Notes: generated by a model from the sequence alone, not told the origin. Positions 17,269 through 24,847 are shown, counted from the stretch's first letter. The stretch is 64,000 nt of DNA from Candidatus Deferrimicrobium sp. (GCF_036396855.1 NZ_DASWKA010000030.1:12103-76102); one strand, 5' to 3'. Translations and numbers: made by a program.

Positions 17269-17616
17269 ATGACAGCGACCTCTCGTAAAGCTCCCCGGGC
17301 TCCCGGTCACCTCTCCAAGCCCGCCCGGAAATGGTGGTCGGGCGTCATGGAGTGCTACGAGATCGAGGAGCACATGATCCAGACGGTGACAGCGGCGGCG
17401 GAGGCCTGGGACCGGAAGGAGATGGCCCGGGAGATCCTCGGCAAGGAAGGATTGACCATCGACTGCCGGGACGGGAAGAAAACGCATCCCGCCGTCGGGA
17501 TCGAGCGGGACAGCAGGCTCGCCTACCTCCGGGCCGTCCGCGAGCTGTGTTTATCCGCCGAAGATCCGGAGGATTCCCGCTCGCCGGGACTTCGCTACCC
17601 CGGGAGGAGGTATTAA
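17269..17616 (+). CDS. Phage terminase small subunit, P27-like
   Basis: ORF 17263..17616 with ATG at 17269 after AAGGAG. The sequence pattern (PGHLSKPARKWW...EEHMIQTVTAAAEAWDR...GLTI...GKKTHPAV...RDSRLAYLRAVRELCL) resembles the P27 small-terminase family. Confidence 0.65.
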   Translation: MTATSRKAPRAPGHLSKPARKWWSGVMECYEIEEHMIQTVTAAAEAWDRKEMAREILGKEGLTIDCRDGKKTHPAVGIERDSRLAYLRAVRELCLSAEDPEDSRSPGLRYPGRRY

Positions 17617-17618
17617 AA

Positions 17619-17834
17619 ATGCCGATCAAGAAAAAACTGGCACGTAAGGTTCCGCGGCCCGCTCCGCTGAAGCCGGATGTGTTTCCCCTTCTCCAAACCG
17701 GCGAGGAGATTGATTGGTTCGCCTTCGACCTTTCGTATGGTGACAATGCGCGTGAACTATTCGAACGTGTCCGGGGCGACTACCCCGCGGGGACGTTCCC
17801 GTGGGCGGAGCAGAGATTCGGGCGGGCGGGCTGA
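17619..17834 (+). CDS. Hypothetical phage-like small protein
   Basis: 71 codons with a strong GGGAGGAGG RBS. It is tightly packed after the small terminase gene. Confidence 0.5.
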   Translation: MPIKKKLARKVPRPAPLKPDVFPLLQTGEEIDWFAFDLSYGDNARELFERVRGDYPAGTFPWAEQRFGRAG

Positions 17835-17836
17835 CG

Positions 17837-18091
17837 ATGCCGACACGTTTACGAACTGGAAAACGTTCATCCCGCTTAGGCGGACTTTCCGAGGTTGCGT
17901 ATCGTTATTTCGGCGAAGGACCGTTTTTCGAGGCGGAGAGATTCGAGCAGCAGACCTCGCCGGCGGAGCGTGCCGGGATTTGGAGGGCGCACCGGGCCGC
18001 GATCATCGAAAGATGGCGCGTCGAAAACCCTGCAAACATCGACCTGGGAACCTGGGGCGAACACCTGGAGGGGGCCGCACATGCCAACTAA
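17837..18091 (+). CDS. Hypothetical small protein, paralog 1 (MPTRLRTGKR...)
   Basis: ATG lies 2 nt after the upstream stop. It shares the N-terminus and a W..HR..I..RW motif with the next gene. Confidence 0.5.
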   Translation: MPTRLRTGKRSSRLGGLSEVAYRYFGEGPFFEAERFEQQTSPAERAGIWRAHRAAIIERWRVENPANIDLGTWGEHLEGAAHAN

Positions 18092-18398
18092 GCTACGGAC
18101 GGGAAAACGACAGACGCGGCTCTCCGAGGACCGCATGGCGCACCTGGTATCGGGGACGTGCCTGGACTCCCCCGTCCGCTGGCACTCCCGGCTGCATTAC
18201 CCCTTCAAGGATGAGAAGCACCGCCGGGCCGTCTGGTTCCAGCACCGCGAGGAGATTGTCGCCCGATGGGGGCCGGTTGAGCTGTTGCAGGCGTGGGCGG
18301 ACTACGAGGCGACGGAGGAGCAGAAGGCGGCCTTCGATCATTCCGGTACGCCGAACCCGTTCCGGACCTACCAGCAGGAGGAAGCCGATGCCGACTGA
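18081..18398 (+). CDS. Hypothetical small protein, paralog 2 (MPTKLRTGKR...)
   Basis: ATG at 18081 overlaps the upstream gene by 11 nt. It carries the motif VWFQHREEIVARW. Confidence 0.5.
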   Translation: MPTKLRTGKRQTRLSEDRMAHLVSGTCLDSPVRWHSRLHYPFKDEKHRRAVWFQHREEIVARWGPVELLQAWADYEATEEQKAAFDHSGTPNPFRTYQQEEADAD

Positions 18399-18645
18399 CC
18401 GTGACAAGTTACTCGCCGATTTCGTAACGGCTGCGCTTGAACTGATGAAGGAAGGGCTCTCCGGGCTCAACGTCGAGAAGGCGTTTCACGTCTCCCGGGC
18501 GCAACAGATGGGCGCGGATGTCGTTTTGGTTTTTGCTCCCGGCGCCGGGACCGTGGTCGGGTGTCTCCATTTTCCCGACCCGGACGCCGATACGCCGGAG
18601 CTTTTCCGGATCGTGGTCCCCTTTCCGGAAGGGGTGTCGAATTGA
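18388..18645 (+). CDS. Hypothetical small protein
   Basis: 85 codons. The ATG overlaps the upstream stop (ATGCCGACTGA). Confidence 0.45.
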   Translation: MPTDRDKLLADFVTAALELMKEGLSGLNVEKAFHVSRAQQMGADVVLVFAPGAGTVVGCLHFPDPDADTPELFRIVVPFPEGVSN

Positions 18646-18864
18646 TTTCCTCCCTTCGCTTCTCATGCGTCGGGAAGATGAACCTGTTTCACCTGGCGCG
18701 GATCGCCGACGAGAGTGCGGCCCTCCGCTTTCATCCCATCAACACGCGCTCGCATGGCGACCACGGCGAGAGAACGAAGGCGTCACGGCGCGCAAACCCA
18801 TCAACACGGTGGGCAAATTCAGATAGCTTTGTGAACCGACAATTAAATAACGAAAGGATTCGTC

Positions 18865-20133
18865 ATGCCATACAAAACGATCAAGGCCGAAATCGCGTCT
18901 ATGGGCGGCTTGATTTCGGAGCTTCGCGAGAAAGCCCAGCACTTCAACAGACCGCTCACCGCGAAAGAATCGGCGCTCTGCGCCGATGCGGAGCTCAAGA
19001 TCAACGAACTCCGGATGGAACTTCCCGCGAATGAACCGCTGACCCTCCAGGGGCCGGGCGGCGGCTCGCCCCGGGCCATCAGCGGGGGCAGCAATACCGG
19101 CGGCTTCGAGAGCGTCGGCGAGATCATGCAGGCCCTCTACCGGCGCTCCAAGGGCGAGGGGATGGATCCCCGGCTCGAACCGCTCCAGGTGCGGGCGGGG
19201 ATCAATGAAACGGTCCCGAGTCAGGGAGGATTCGCGGTTCCGGAGCAGCTCATCTACAAGGCCTTCACGGAAGACCTCCAGGACACGGTGCTCCTGCAAC
19301 TGTGCGACAAGGTGACAATGACCAGCGACAAGCTGGGCGTCCCGATTTTCGGGGACGACTCGCACTCCACCTCGGCTCCCTTCGGGATCACCTGGGACCA
19401 GATCCCCGAGTCCGGCACCTTCGGCGACTTCCAGTCGGTCCCCTTCAAGAAGCTGCAACTTCACGCCTACAAGTCCGGGGCGCTTTTCTCCGCGTCGAAC
19501 GAATGGCTCTCCGATGCGGATCCCGCCATGCGCGCCCGGCTGGAGAACATCTTCCAGGCGTCTTTGCGGTGGTACGTCGAAAGCAAGCTGTGGAACGGAA
19601 CGGGGGCGGGCCAGGCGCTCGGGGCGCTCAATGGCGACGGGGCGCTCGAAATCCCGAAGGAGACGGGCCAAACCGCGGACACGATCATGACGGAGAACAT
19701 CGTCAAGATGTGGGCGCGGCTCCGGCCGGGATCCCACAACCGGGCAATATGGGCGGCGAATCCGACGACGTTTCACATGTTGGCAACTTTGGCTGTTTCA
19801 ATTGGGACCGGAGGGAGCGTGGTTTCTCTTCTTCAGCCCTCCGGGATCGCGGGGGCTCCGGCAACCTCGATCCTCGGGCGGCCGCTCTACCTCTCGGAAC
19901 ACCTCCCGGCGCTCGGGGATGCGGGCGACATCTGCCTCCTCGACCCCATGCTGTACGTCCTTGGGGACCGGAAGCAGATCACCGTGGATGCCTCACCTCA
20001 CATCAGATTTCAATATGACGAGACGGCGTTCCGTGTTCAATCCAGATTCGACGGCCAACCCGCGCTCTCTTCGGTCCTGACTCCGGCCAATGGCGACACG
20101 TGCGCCTGGCTCGTGAAGATCGCGGCGAGGTGA
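18865..20133 (+). CDS. HK97-family phage major capsid protein homolog
   Basis: 422-aa ORF with an AAAGGA RBS. An N-terminal coiled-coil/scaffold-like segment precedes a body typical of HK97-type capsid proteins (...VPSQGGFAVPEQL...LPALGDAGDICLLDP..Y...R). Confidence 0.8.
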   Translation: MPYKTIKAEIASMGGLISELREKAQHFNRPLTAKESALCADAELKINELRMELPANEPLTLQGPGGGSPRAISGGSNTGGFESVGEIMQALYRRSKGEGMDPRLEPLQVRAGINETVPSQGGFAVPEQLIYKAFTEDLQDTVLLQLCDKVTMTSDKLGVPIFGDDSHSTSAPFGITWDQIPESGTFGDFQSVPFKKLQLHAYKSGALFSASNEWLSDADPAMRARLENIFQASLRWYVESKLWNGTGAGQALGALNGDGALEIPKETGQTADTIMTENIVKMWARLRPGSHNRAIWAANPTTFHMLATLAVSIGTGGSVVSLLQPSGIAGAPATSILGRPLYLSEHLPALGDAGDICLLDPMLYVLGDRKQITVDASPHIRFQYDETAFRVQSRFDGQPALSSVLTPANGDTCAWLVKIAAR

Positions 20134-20151
20134 TGATCCGAACTTCCACCC

Positions 20152-20173
20152 GGGGGCGGCTTCGGCCGCTCCC
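20152..20173 (+). terminator. UUCG-tetraloop hairpin after the capsid gene
   Basis: gggggcggc-ttcg-gccgctccc forms a 9-bp stem including one G.U. The U-tail is weak. Confidence 0.45.
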
Positions 20174-20541
20174 TGCTTCCCCCTGCCGAGTAATTGCGGC
20201 GGGGCCGTCCCGAAAGGGGCGGGATACTGACCCGGCGTTTTCATACGGTTTCTCGCGATCGGTGACGCCTTCCCGTGCCGGGGCCGCCGCAAGGCGGTGT
20301 GATCGGGCAGGTGAAGCGGGCGCGGATCATCGCGAACCTCGGCATCCTTCCGGGCGACAGCAGCCCGCGGGAGTGCCCCGAAAGCGACCTCGTTCGTCGA
20401 GGGCCGTCGCGAGGCGGTAAATGGTGGAAAGGTCGCGAGCTGTGACGGGACGGGGGCATCACAGGCGGTCCTTCGGGGCCGCTTCCCCCTCCCCGGATCT
20501 TCGAGCAAGCATTACAACTTTGCGTTGTAACTCTCCCGGAG

Positions 20542-20907
20542 GTGTCACGATTGCCATCCTCTCCCCGCGGCTGGTTCTGTAGATCGACCTATACCCTCGA
20601 TGCGCAGGGGCGGCCCTTTTCGCCTCGGCTGGAATACACGGGATGGACGGATCGACGGATGAACGACTCCCGGGAGACGGCGCTGTCCGTGAAGATCATG
20701 GCGGAGCGGGCGTCTCATGCGGTATGCGGGAATGGTGTCGGGTACAAGCTGCTGTTGGACTACTATGCGGGCGAGGTGTCCTGGTGGAGCTTCACGGAAC
20801 CGGAGCAAGCGATCCTCCGGAAGACCATCCGGCATTTCTCGAAGGCGCTCCGCGAGGCGGGATTCCTACCGGATGACGATGGGCACGCATCCCGGGCGAG
20901 TCCTTGA
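20542..20907 (+). CDS. Hypothetical protein, possible island regulator
   Basis: 121-aa ORF. TTG at 20551 fits the GGAGG at 20538-20542 better than GTG at 20542. It is preceded by the palindrome TTACAAC-N5-GTTGTAA (20512-20530). Confidence 0.4.
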   Translation: MSRLPSSPRGWFCRSTYTLDAQGRPFSPRLEYTGWTDRRMNDSRETALSVKIMAERASHAVCGNGVGYKLLLDYYAGEVSWWSFTEPEQAILRKTIRHFSKALREAGFLPDDDGHASRASP

Positions 20908-21104
20908 ACGGTAACGCTCCCCGGCGTGCGGCCATCGGTGGGGGCTCTTGACGGCTTGCGGTGGATCGGCCCGCACCTCCCCCCAGGCGATCTCGCGGAT
21001 GGAAGAAGTTCCCTCCGGGAAAATCATCGAAGAAAGAAACTTCCTAACGGGAATATAAGTCCAATTTTGGAGTTTTATAAAATCCAGCCCAAGGGAGGCG
21101 GAAA

Positions 21105-21671
21105 ATGAAACGGTTCAATAGGTATCTCTCCAAAGCGATTTGTTGCGTGGTTCTACTGTTACCACTGGCCTTCATCGGTGCGGGTCAGGCGGTAGCGGCA
21201 CCGGCTACACCGAATGTAAATGTCGTCAATACACCGACTGTACTTGTCGGAAATACTCCATTGCCGGTGTTTGACGTAGACAACCCTGCGAGTCAGCCTT
21301 TCCAGGCATCTGCACAATTTACGATGAGTGGGATTGGGCCAGTATTCAGCGTTACTTCCGACATTACTGTTGTACCTGCTGGAAAGATGCTTGTGATTGA
21401 GCATGTCACTTTTATTGGCGCAACGGGGTCGCCGGGGAAAATAGGAGCGAGTATCTCAAACTCAATAGCTGGTCCGGGAAGGACTCATTGGTTGGTATTA
21501 ACAGAGCAAGGCGCTCTATTTGGTACTCCTGCTTTCATGGCAAATCAACCGATGCGTTTGTATGCCGGCCCCGGGACAACAGTTCGAGGTCATGCCTTTC
21601 GCAGCATAGATTCAATTGATGCAAGCGCGGGCGCATTTAGCATCTCTGGACATTTTGTCGATATTCCATAG
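21105..21671 (+). CDS. Secreted hypothetical protein, AT-rich cargo gene
   Basis: 188-aa ORF with an AAGGGAGG RBS and signal peptide MKRFNRYLSKAICCVVLLLPLAFIGAGQAVAA. It is visibly AT-richer than everything around it. Confidence 0.6.
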   Translation: MKRFNRYLSKAICCVVLLLPLAFIGAGQAVAAPATPNVNVVNTPTVLVGNTPLPVFDVDNPASQPFQASAQFTMSGIGPVFSVTSDITVVPAGKMLVIEHVTFIGATGSPGKIGASISNSIAGPGRTHWLVLTEQGALFGTPAFMANQPMRLYAGPGTTVRGHAFRSIDSIDASAGAFSISGHFVDIP

Positions 21672-21713
21672 GGAAGGTGTTATGAGTACCGTTATGAGTG
21701 AGGCGTAAAAGAG

Positions 21714-21746
21714 AAGGGGTTTTCGGCATATAACCGAAAACCCCTT
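21714..21746. terminator. Bidirectional intrinsic terminator
   Basis: A 13-bp stem aaggggttttcgg/ccgaaaacccctt with a 7-nt loop is T-rich on both sides. It serves the cargo gene (+) and the tRNA operon (-). Confidence 0.7.
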
Positions 21747-21754
21747 TGATTTCG

Positions 21755-21830
21755 TGGCGGTCCCAGCGGGGTTCGAACCCGCGTTTTCGCCGTGAGAGGG
21801 CGGCGTCCTGGGCCACTAGACGATGGGACC
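21755..21830 (-). tRNA. tRNA-Glu (anticodon CUC)
   Basis: The 76-nt sequence GGTCCCATCGTCTAGTGGCCCAGGACGCCGCCCTCTCACGGCGAAAACGCGGGTTCGAACCCCGCTGGGACCGCCA closely resembles E. coli tRNA-Glu. The anticodon loop is CUCUCAC and CCA is encoded. Confidence 0.95.
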
Positions 21831-21833
21831 GGC

Positions 21834-21907
21834 TGGCTGGGGAGCCAGGGCTCGAACCTGGAAACCGTGGGTCAGAGCCACGTGTGATACCATTTCACCA
21901 CTCCCCA
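21834..21907 (-). tRNA. tRNA-Gln (anticodon CUG)
   Basis: The 74-nt sequence is TGGGGAGTGGTGAAATGGTATCACACGTGGCTCTGACCCACGGTTTCCAGGTTCGAGCCCTGGCTCCCCAGCCA. It has the UGGGG...CCCCAGCCA acceptor typical of tRNA-Gln and the anticodon loop CUCUGAC. Confidence 0.95.
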
Positions 21908-21944
21908 ACGGAACGAACAAGTTACTCGATAGGGAGCAGTTGCG

Positions 21945-23339
21945 TCAAGCGCCAATCCGCCCCGCGGCGCTCCGAAGGCGGCGCACCACCTCGTCCCGCC
22001 CGAGGATCTCCATCACCTCGAACAGCCCCGGCGACGCGGTCCCCCCGGTGAGGGCGACGCGGATCGGTTGGTGAACCTTCAGGTTCCCCCCCCTGCGTTC
22101 CACCACCGCTTTCAGTGCATCCTCCCTCTCCGCCTTGAAGTCCTCGAGGACGGAAAACGCATCGGCGATCTCGCGGAGAACAGGGGCGATCTCCGGGGTG
22201 AGGAACTTCGACGCCACCGAAGGTTCGGCCGGCTTCGGGCGGAAGTAATATTCCGCCGATTCGGCCATCTCCTCGAGGGTCCGGGACCGCTCCAGCAATG
22301 TTCGCACGGCGGCGGTGAGCCACGGGGATGGTTTCGTGTCGATCCCGCGTTTCGCGAGGAAGGGGACGAGGAGGTTCGCGAGCAGCGAAGGTTCCGCCAT
22401 CTTGATGTAGTAAGCGTTGAGATGGAGCAGTTTGTCGAGGTTGAATTTCGACGGAGACTTGCCGACGTGCTCCAGGGAGAAGAGGTCCTGCATCTCCACC
22501 ATGGAGAAGATCTCCTGGTCGCCGTGCCCCCACCCGAGGCGCACGAGATAGTTGACCATCGCTTCGGGGAGGAAGCCCTTCTCCCGGTACGCCGTCACCG
22601 ACACGTCGTCCTGGCGTTTGGAGAGCTTGCCGCCTTCCATCCCGTGGATCAGCGGAAAGTGGCCGAACCGAGGGAGAGGGTAGCCGAGCGCCTCGTAAAG
22701 AAGGATCTGCTTCGGCGTGTTGTTCAGGTGGTCGTCTCCTCGCAGGACGTGGGTGATCCCCATCGACGCGTCGTCGACCACGACGACGAAGTTGTACGTC
22801 GGCGACCCGTCGGTTCGCAGGAACACCAGGTCGTCCAGCTCCGCGTTCTCGTAGACCACGTCGCCGCGCAGCAGGTCGCGCACCACCGTCTGTCCCGCGC
22901 GCGGCGTCTTGAACCGGAGGACGGAAGGCTTCCCTTCCGTCGCGCCGGAGGCAAGGTCGCGGCACCGGCCGTCGTACCGGGGCTTCTCCTTGCGCGCCGC
23001 CATCTCCTCCCGGCGCGCGTCGAGCTCCTCTTTCGTGCAGACGCACCGGTACGCCTTCCCATCCCGCAGGAGCCGCTCCGCCTCCTTCCGGTACAGCTCC
23101 ATCCGCTCCATCTGGAAATGAGGACCCTCGTCCCACGTGATCCCGAGCCACGTCATTCCGTCGAGGATCGCCCGGACCGCCTCGGGGGTGGATCGCTCCT
23201 GGTCGGTGTCCTCGATCCGGAGGATGAATTTGCCGCCGGTGTTGCGGGCGTAAAGGAGGTTGAACAGGGCGGTTCGGGCACCGCCGATGTGGAGGAATCC
23301 CGTGGGGCTGGGGGCGAAGCGCGTCACGACGTTCGGCAT
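21945..23339 (-). CDS. gltX: Glutamate--tRNA ligase
   Basis: ATG at 23339 (MPNVVTRFAPSPTGFLHIGGART) with the KLSKR motif. The N-terminal 200 aa of ORF 21945..23939 is a spurious extension over the neighbouring gene. Confidence 0.95.
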   Translation of the reverse strand: MPNVVTRFAPSPTGFLHIGGARTALFNLLYARNTGGKFILRIEDTDQERSTPEAVRAILDGMTWLGITWDEGPHFQMERMELYRKEAERLLRDGKAYRCVCTKEELDARREEMAARKEKPRYDGRCRDLASGATEGKPSVLRFKTPRAGQTVVRDLLRGDVVYENAELDDLVFLRTDGSPTYNFVVVVDDASMGITHVLRGDDHLNNTPKQILLYEALGYPLPRFGHFPLIHGMEGGKLSKRQDDVSVTAYREKGFLPEAMVNYLVRLGWGHGDQEIFSMVEMQDLFSLEHVGKSPSKFNLDKLLHLNAYYIKMAEPSLLANLLVPFLAKRGIDTKPSPWLTAAVRTLLERSRTLEEMAESAEYYFRPKPAEPSVASKFLTPEIAPVLREIADAFSVLEDFKAEREDALKAVVERRGGNLKVHQPIRVALTGGTASPGLFEVMEILGRDEVVRRLRSAAGRIGA

Positions 23340-23395
23340 GGAGGGTCCTCGATTCGGGGGATCGGATCCGGCGGACGGGACGAAAAAGGGGAGCC

Positions 23396-24220
23396 TCAGC
23401 GGAAGGCGAGCCCCGCGTACCCGACCACCTGTTCGAAATCCCGGCTGACGTCGCCGGAGGTGGCGTATCTTATCAAACGGGCCGACGTCGCGCCAAGGCG
23501 GCGGGCGGCGAAGAGGACGACCGTGGACGGCATCACCCCGCACATCGAGATCCGCTCGGTTCGGACGGTTTCGAAGAGCCCCTCGGGATCGAGGGCCAGC
23601 ATCCGGTCGATTGCCAACCGGTCCTTTTTCCGGGCCACGGCGTCGGGCACATAGTGGGACATGTCGGAGCTGGCGACCAGCAGGGGAAGCTCGGGGTCTC
23701 CCGCGATCGCGTCCGCCACTCCCTCCCCGAGGTCCCGGCACTCCTCGAGGGAAAGTCGTCCGAGGGCGACGGGGACGATACGCACGTCCGGCCGGAACCG
23801 GTGAAGGAACGGAAGCTGGACCTCGATCGCATGCTCCCGGGAATGGGCCGACGCGTCTTCCCGCAGGAGGGGACAGGCGGCTTCGAGTCGTGCGGCGAGT
23901 TTTTCGTCGATCGGGACGTCTCCCCACGGCATCCGCCAAACGCCGCGGGACATGATGGCGGCATCCTCCCCGATCCCGGTGTGGTTCGGGCAGAAGATCA
24001 CCGCCCTGCCGGGCACCCGGACGGAGGAGAAGACTTCTCCCGCCACTGCCCCGGAATAGACGTATCCCGCATGGGGGGAAACGACCCCGATCGCCGGCTC
24101 CGGGGCTTCCACCTCCCGGGTGAGCTCGAAGAGCGCCCGGGAAAGGCCGGAGGCGGTCCCGGGATAGAACTGTCCGGAGACGGCGGGCATCCGCTTCATG
24201 TTCATGCCCACATGATACAA
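23396..24220 (-). CDS. Memo-like protein (AmmeMemoRadiSam system protein B family)
   Basis: 274-aa ORF with motifs PAVSGQFYPG, VSPHAGYVYSG and HSREHAIEVQLPFL. The start is uncertain (TTG 24220, ATG 24205 or 24199). Confidence 0.8.
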   Translation of the reverse strand: MYHVGMNMKRMPAVSGQFYPGTASGLSRALFELTREVEAPEPAIGVVSPHAGYVYSGAVAGEVFSSVRVPGRAVIFCPNHTGIGEDAAIMSRGVWRMPWGDVPIDEKLAARLEAACPLLREDASAHSREHAIEVQLPFLHRFRPDVRIVPVALGRLSLEECRDLGEGVADAIAGDPELPLLVASSDMSHYVPDAVARKKDRLAIDRMLALDPEGLFETVRTERISMCGVMPSTVVLFAARRLGATSARLIRYATSGDVSRDFEQVVGYAGLAFR

Positions 24221-24241
24221 CGCGCGGGGGGTATTTGGCGA

Positions 24242-24271
24242 TTGACAGCCGGGGGGGGGGTTCCCTATAGT
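24242..24271 (+). promoter_or_regulatory. Near-consensus sigma-70 promoter of the yceD-rpmF-plsX-fab operon
   Basis: TTGACA (24242-24247), an 18-nt spacer containing a G10 run (24251-24260), and TATAGT (24266-24271), about 30 nt upstream of the yceD start. Confidence 0.55.
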
Positions 24272-24301
24272 ATCTCTTTTACTTTACGAGGGAATTCGCG
24301 C

Positions 24302-24844
24302 TTGTACATCCGGGTGTCCGAGATTCCCGGGGGCGGACTGGATGTGTTCGCTTCCCGGGGGAAGGCGTCGATCCCCCGCGTTCTGGATGGGATGGATCCC
24401 TCACCGTTGCGGGCGCTCCGGCTGGTCGACGCGGATCTTCTCCTGACGGTCGAGGGCGGCGACGTCTGGATCGAGGGTTCGTTCGAAGCGCTCGGCGAGG
24501 GCTTTTGCGACCGTTGTACCGACCCGGTGACGCTCCGGCTCGGGAAGGCGTTCCGGGTGTTCCTGACGCCGAAGAGCCGGGATCGGGTACCCGCCGGATC
24601 GGTCGAACTTCACGAGGAAGACCTCGATGTCGAGTATTATGACGGAACGGGTGTCGAAACGAACGACATCCTCTGGGAGCAGGTGGGCCTGGAACTCCCG
24701 ATGCGGCTCGTGTGCACCGAAGCGTGCCGCGGGGTCTGCCCCGTGTGCGGGAAGAACCGGAACCAGGAGGAGTGCTCCTGCGTTGCGGGGGAAGTAAAGA
24801 GCCCGTTCGAAATTCTCAAGAACCTGAAAGGAAAAAAGGAGTAA
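24302..24844 (+). CDS. yceD: YceD/DUF177 family protein (23S rRNA accumulation protein)
   Basis: TTG at 24302 in ORF 23654..24844. It has the C-terminal CxxC...CxxC segment (CTEACRGVCPVCGKNRNQEECSC) and the conserved position upstream of rpmF. Confidence 0.8.
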   Translation: MYIRVSEIPGGGLDVFASRGKASIPRVLDGMDPSPLRALRLVDADLLLTVEGGDVWIEGSFEALGEGFCDRCTDPVTLRLGKAFRVFLTPKSRDRVPAGSVELHEEDLDVEYYDGTGVETNDILWEQVGLELPMRLVCTEACRGVCPVCGKNRNQEECSCVAGEVKSPFEILKNLKGKKE

Positions 24845-24847
24845 GCC

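Larger units (their letters stand above)
15601..21754. mobile_element. Integrase-less phage-satellite-like or degraded prophage island inserted at tRNA-Glu
   Basis: It is bounded by a 48-nt direct repeat of the tRNA-Glu 3' part. It carries a rep-like gene with iterons, HNH, a small terminase, an HK97-type capsid protein and an AT-rich cargo gene. No large terminase, portal, protease, tail or integrase is present. Confidence 0.6.

Noticed and set aside
18865-20133. An encapsulin nanocompartment shell instead of a phage capsid protein.
   Set aside because: The N-terminal coiled-coil/scaffold segment and the ~420-aa length fit phage HK97-type MCPs. The flanking genes are HNH and a small terminase, not cargo enzymes with targeting peptides.
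15601-21754. Integrase, excisionase or transposase genes on the island, searched on both strands including 15601-15689 and 20134-21104.
   Set aside because: No ORF shows tyrosine- or serine-recombinase or DDE-like motifs. The minus-strand ORFs here (for example 15653..16177 and 19993..20508) are shadow ORFs of the plus-strand genes. The absence is reported as a property of the island.
23340-23939. 200-codon N-terminal extension of the gltX ORF (21945..23939).
   Set aside because: GltX homology, including the HIGH region, begins at MPNVVTRFAPSPTGFLHIGG (23339). The extension overlaps the Memo-like gene and is low-complexity.
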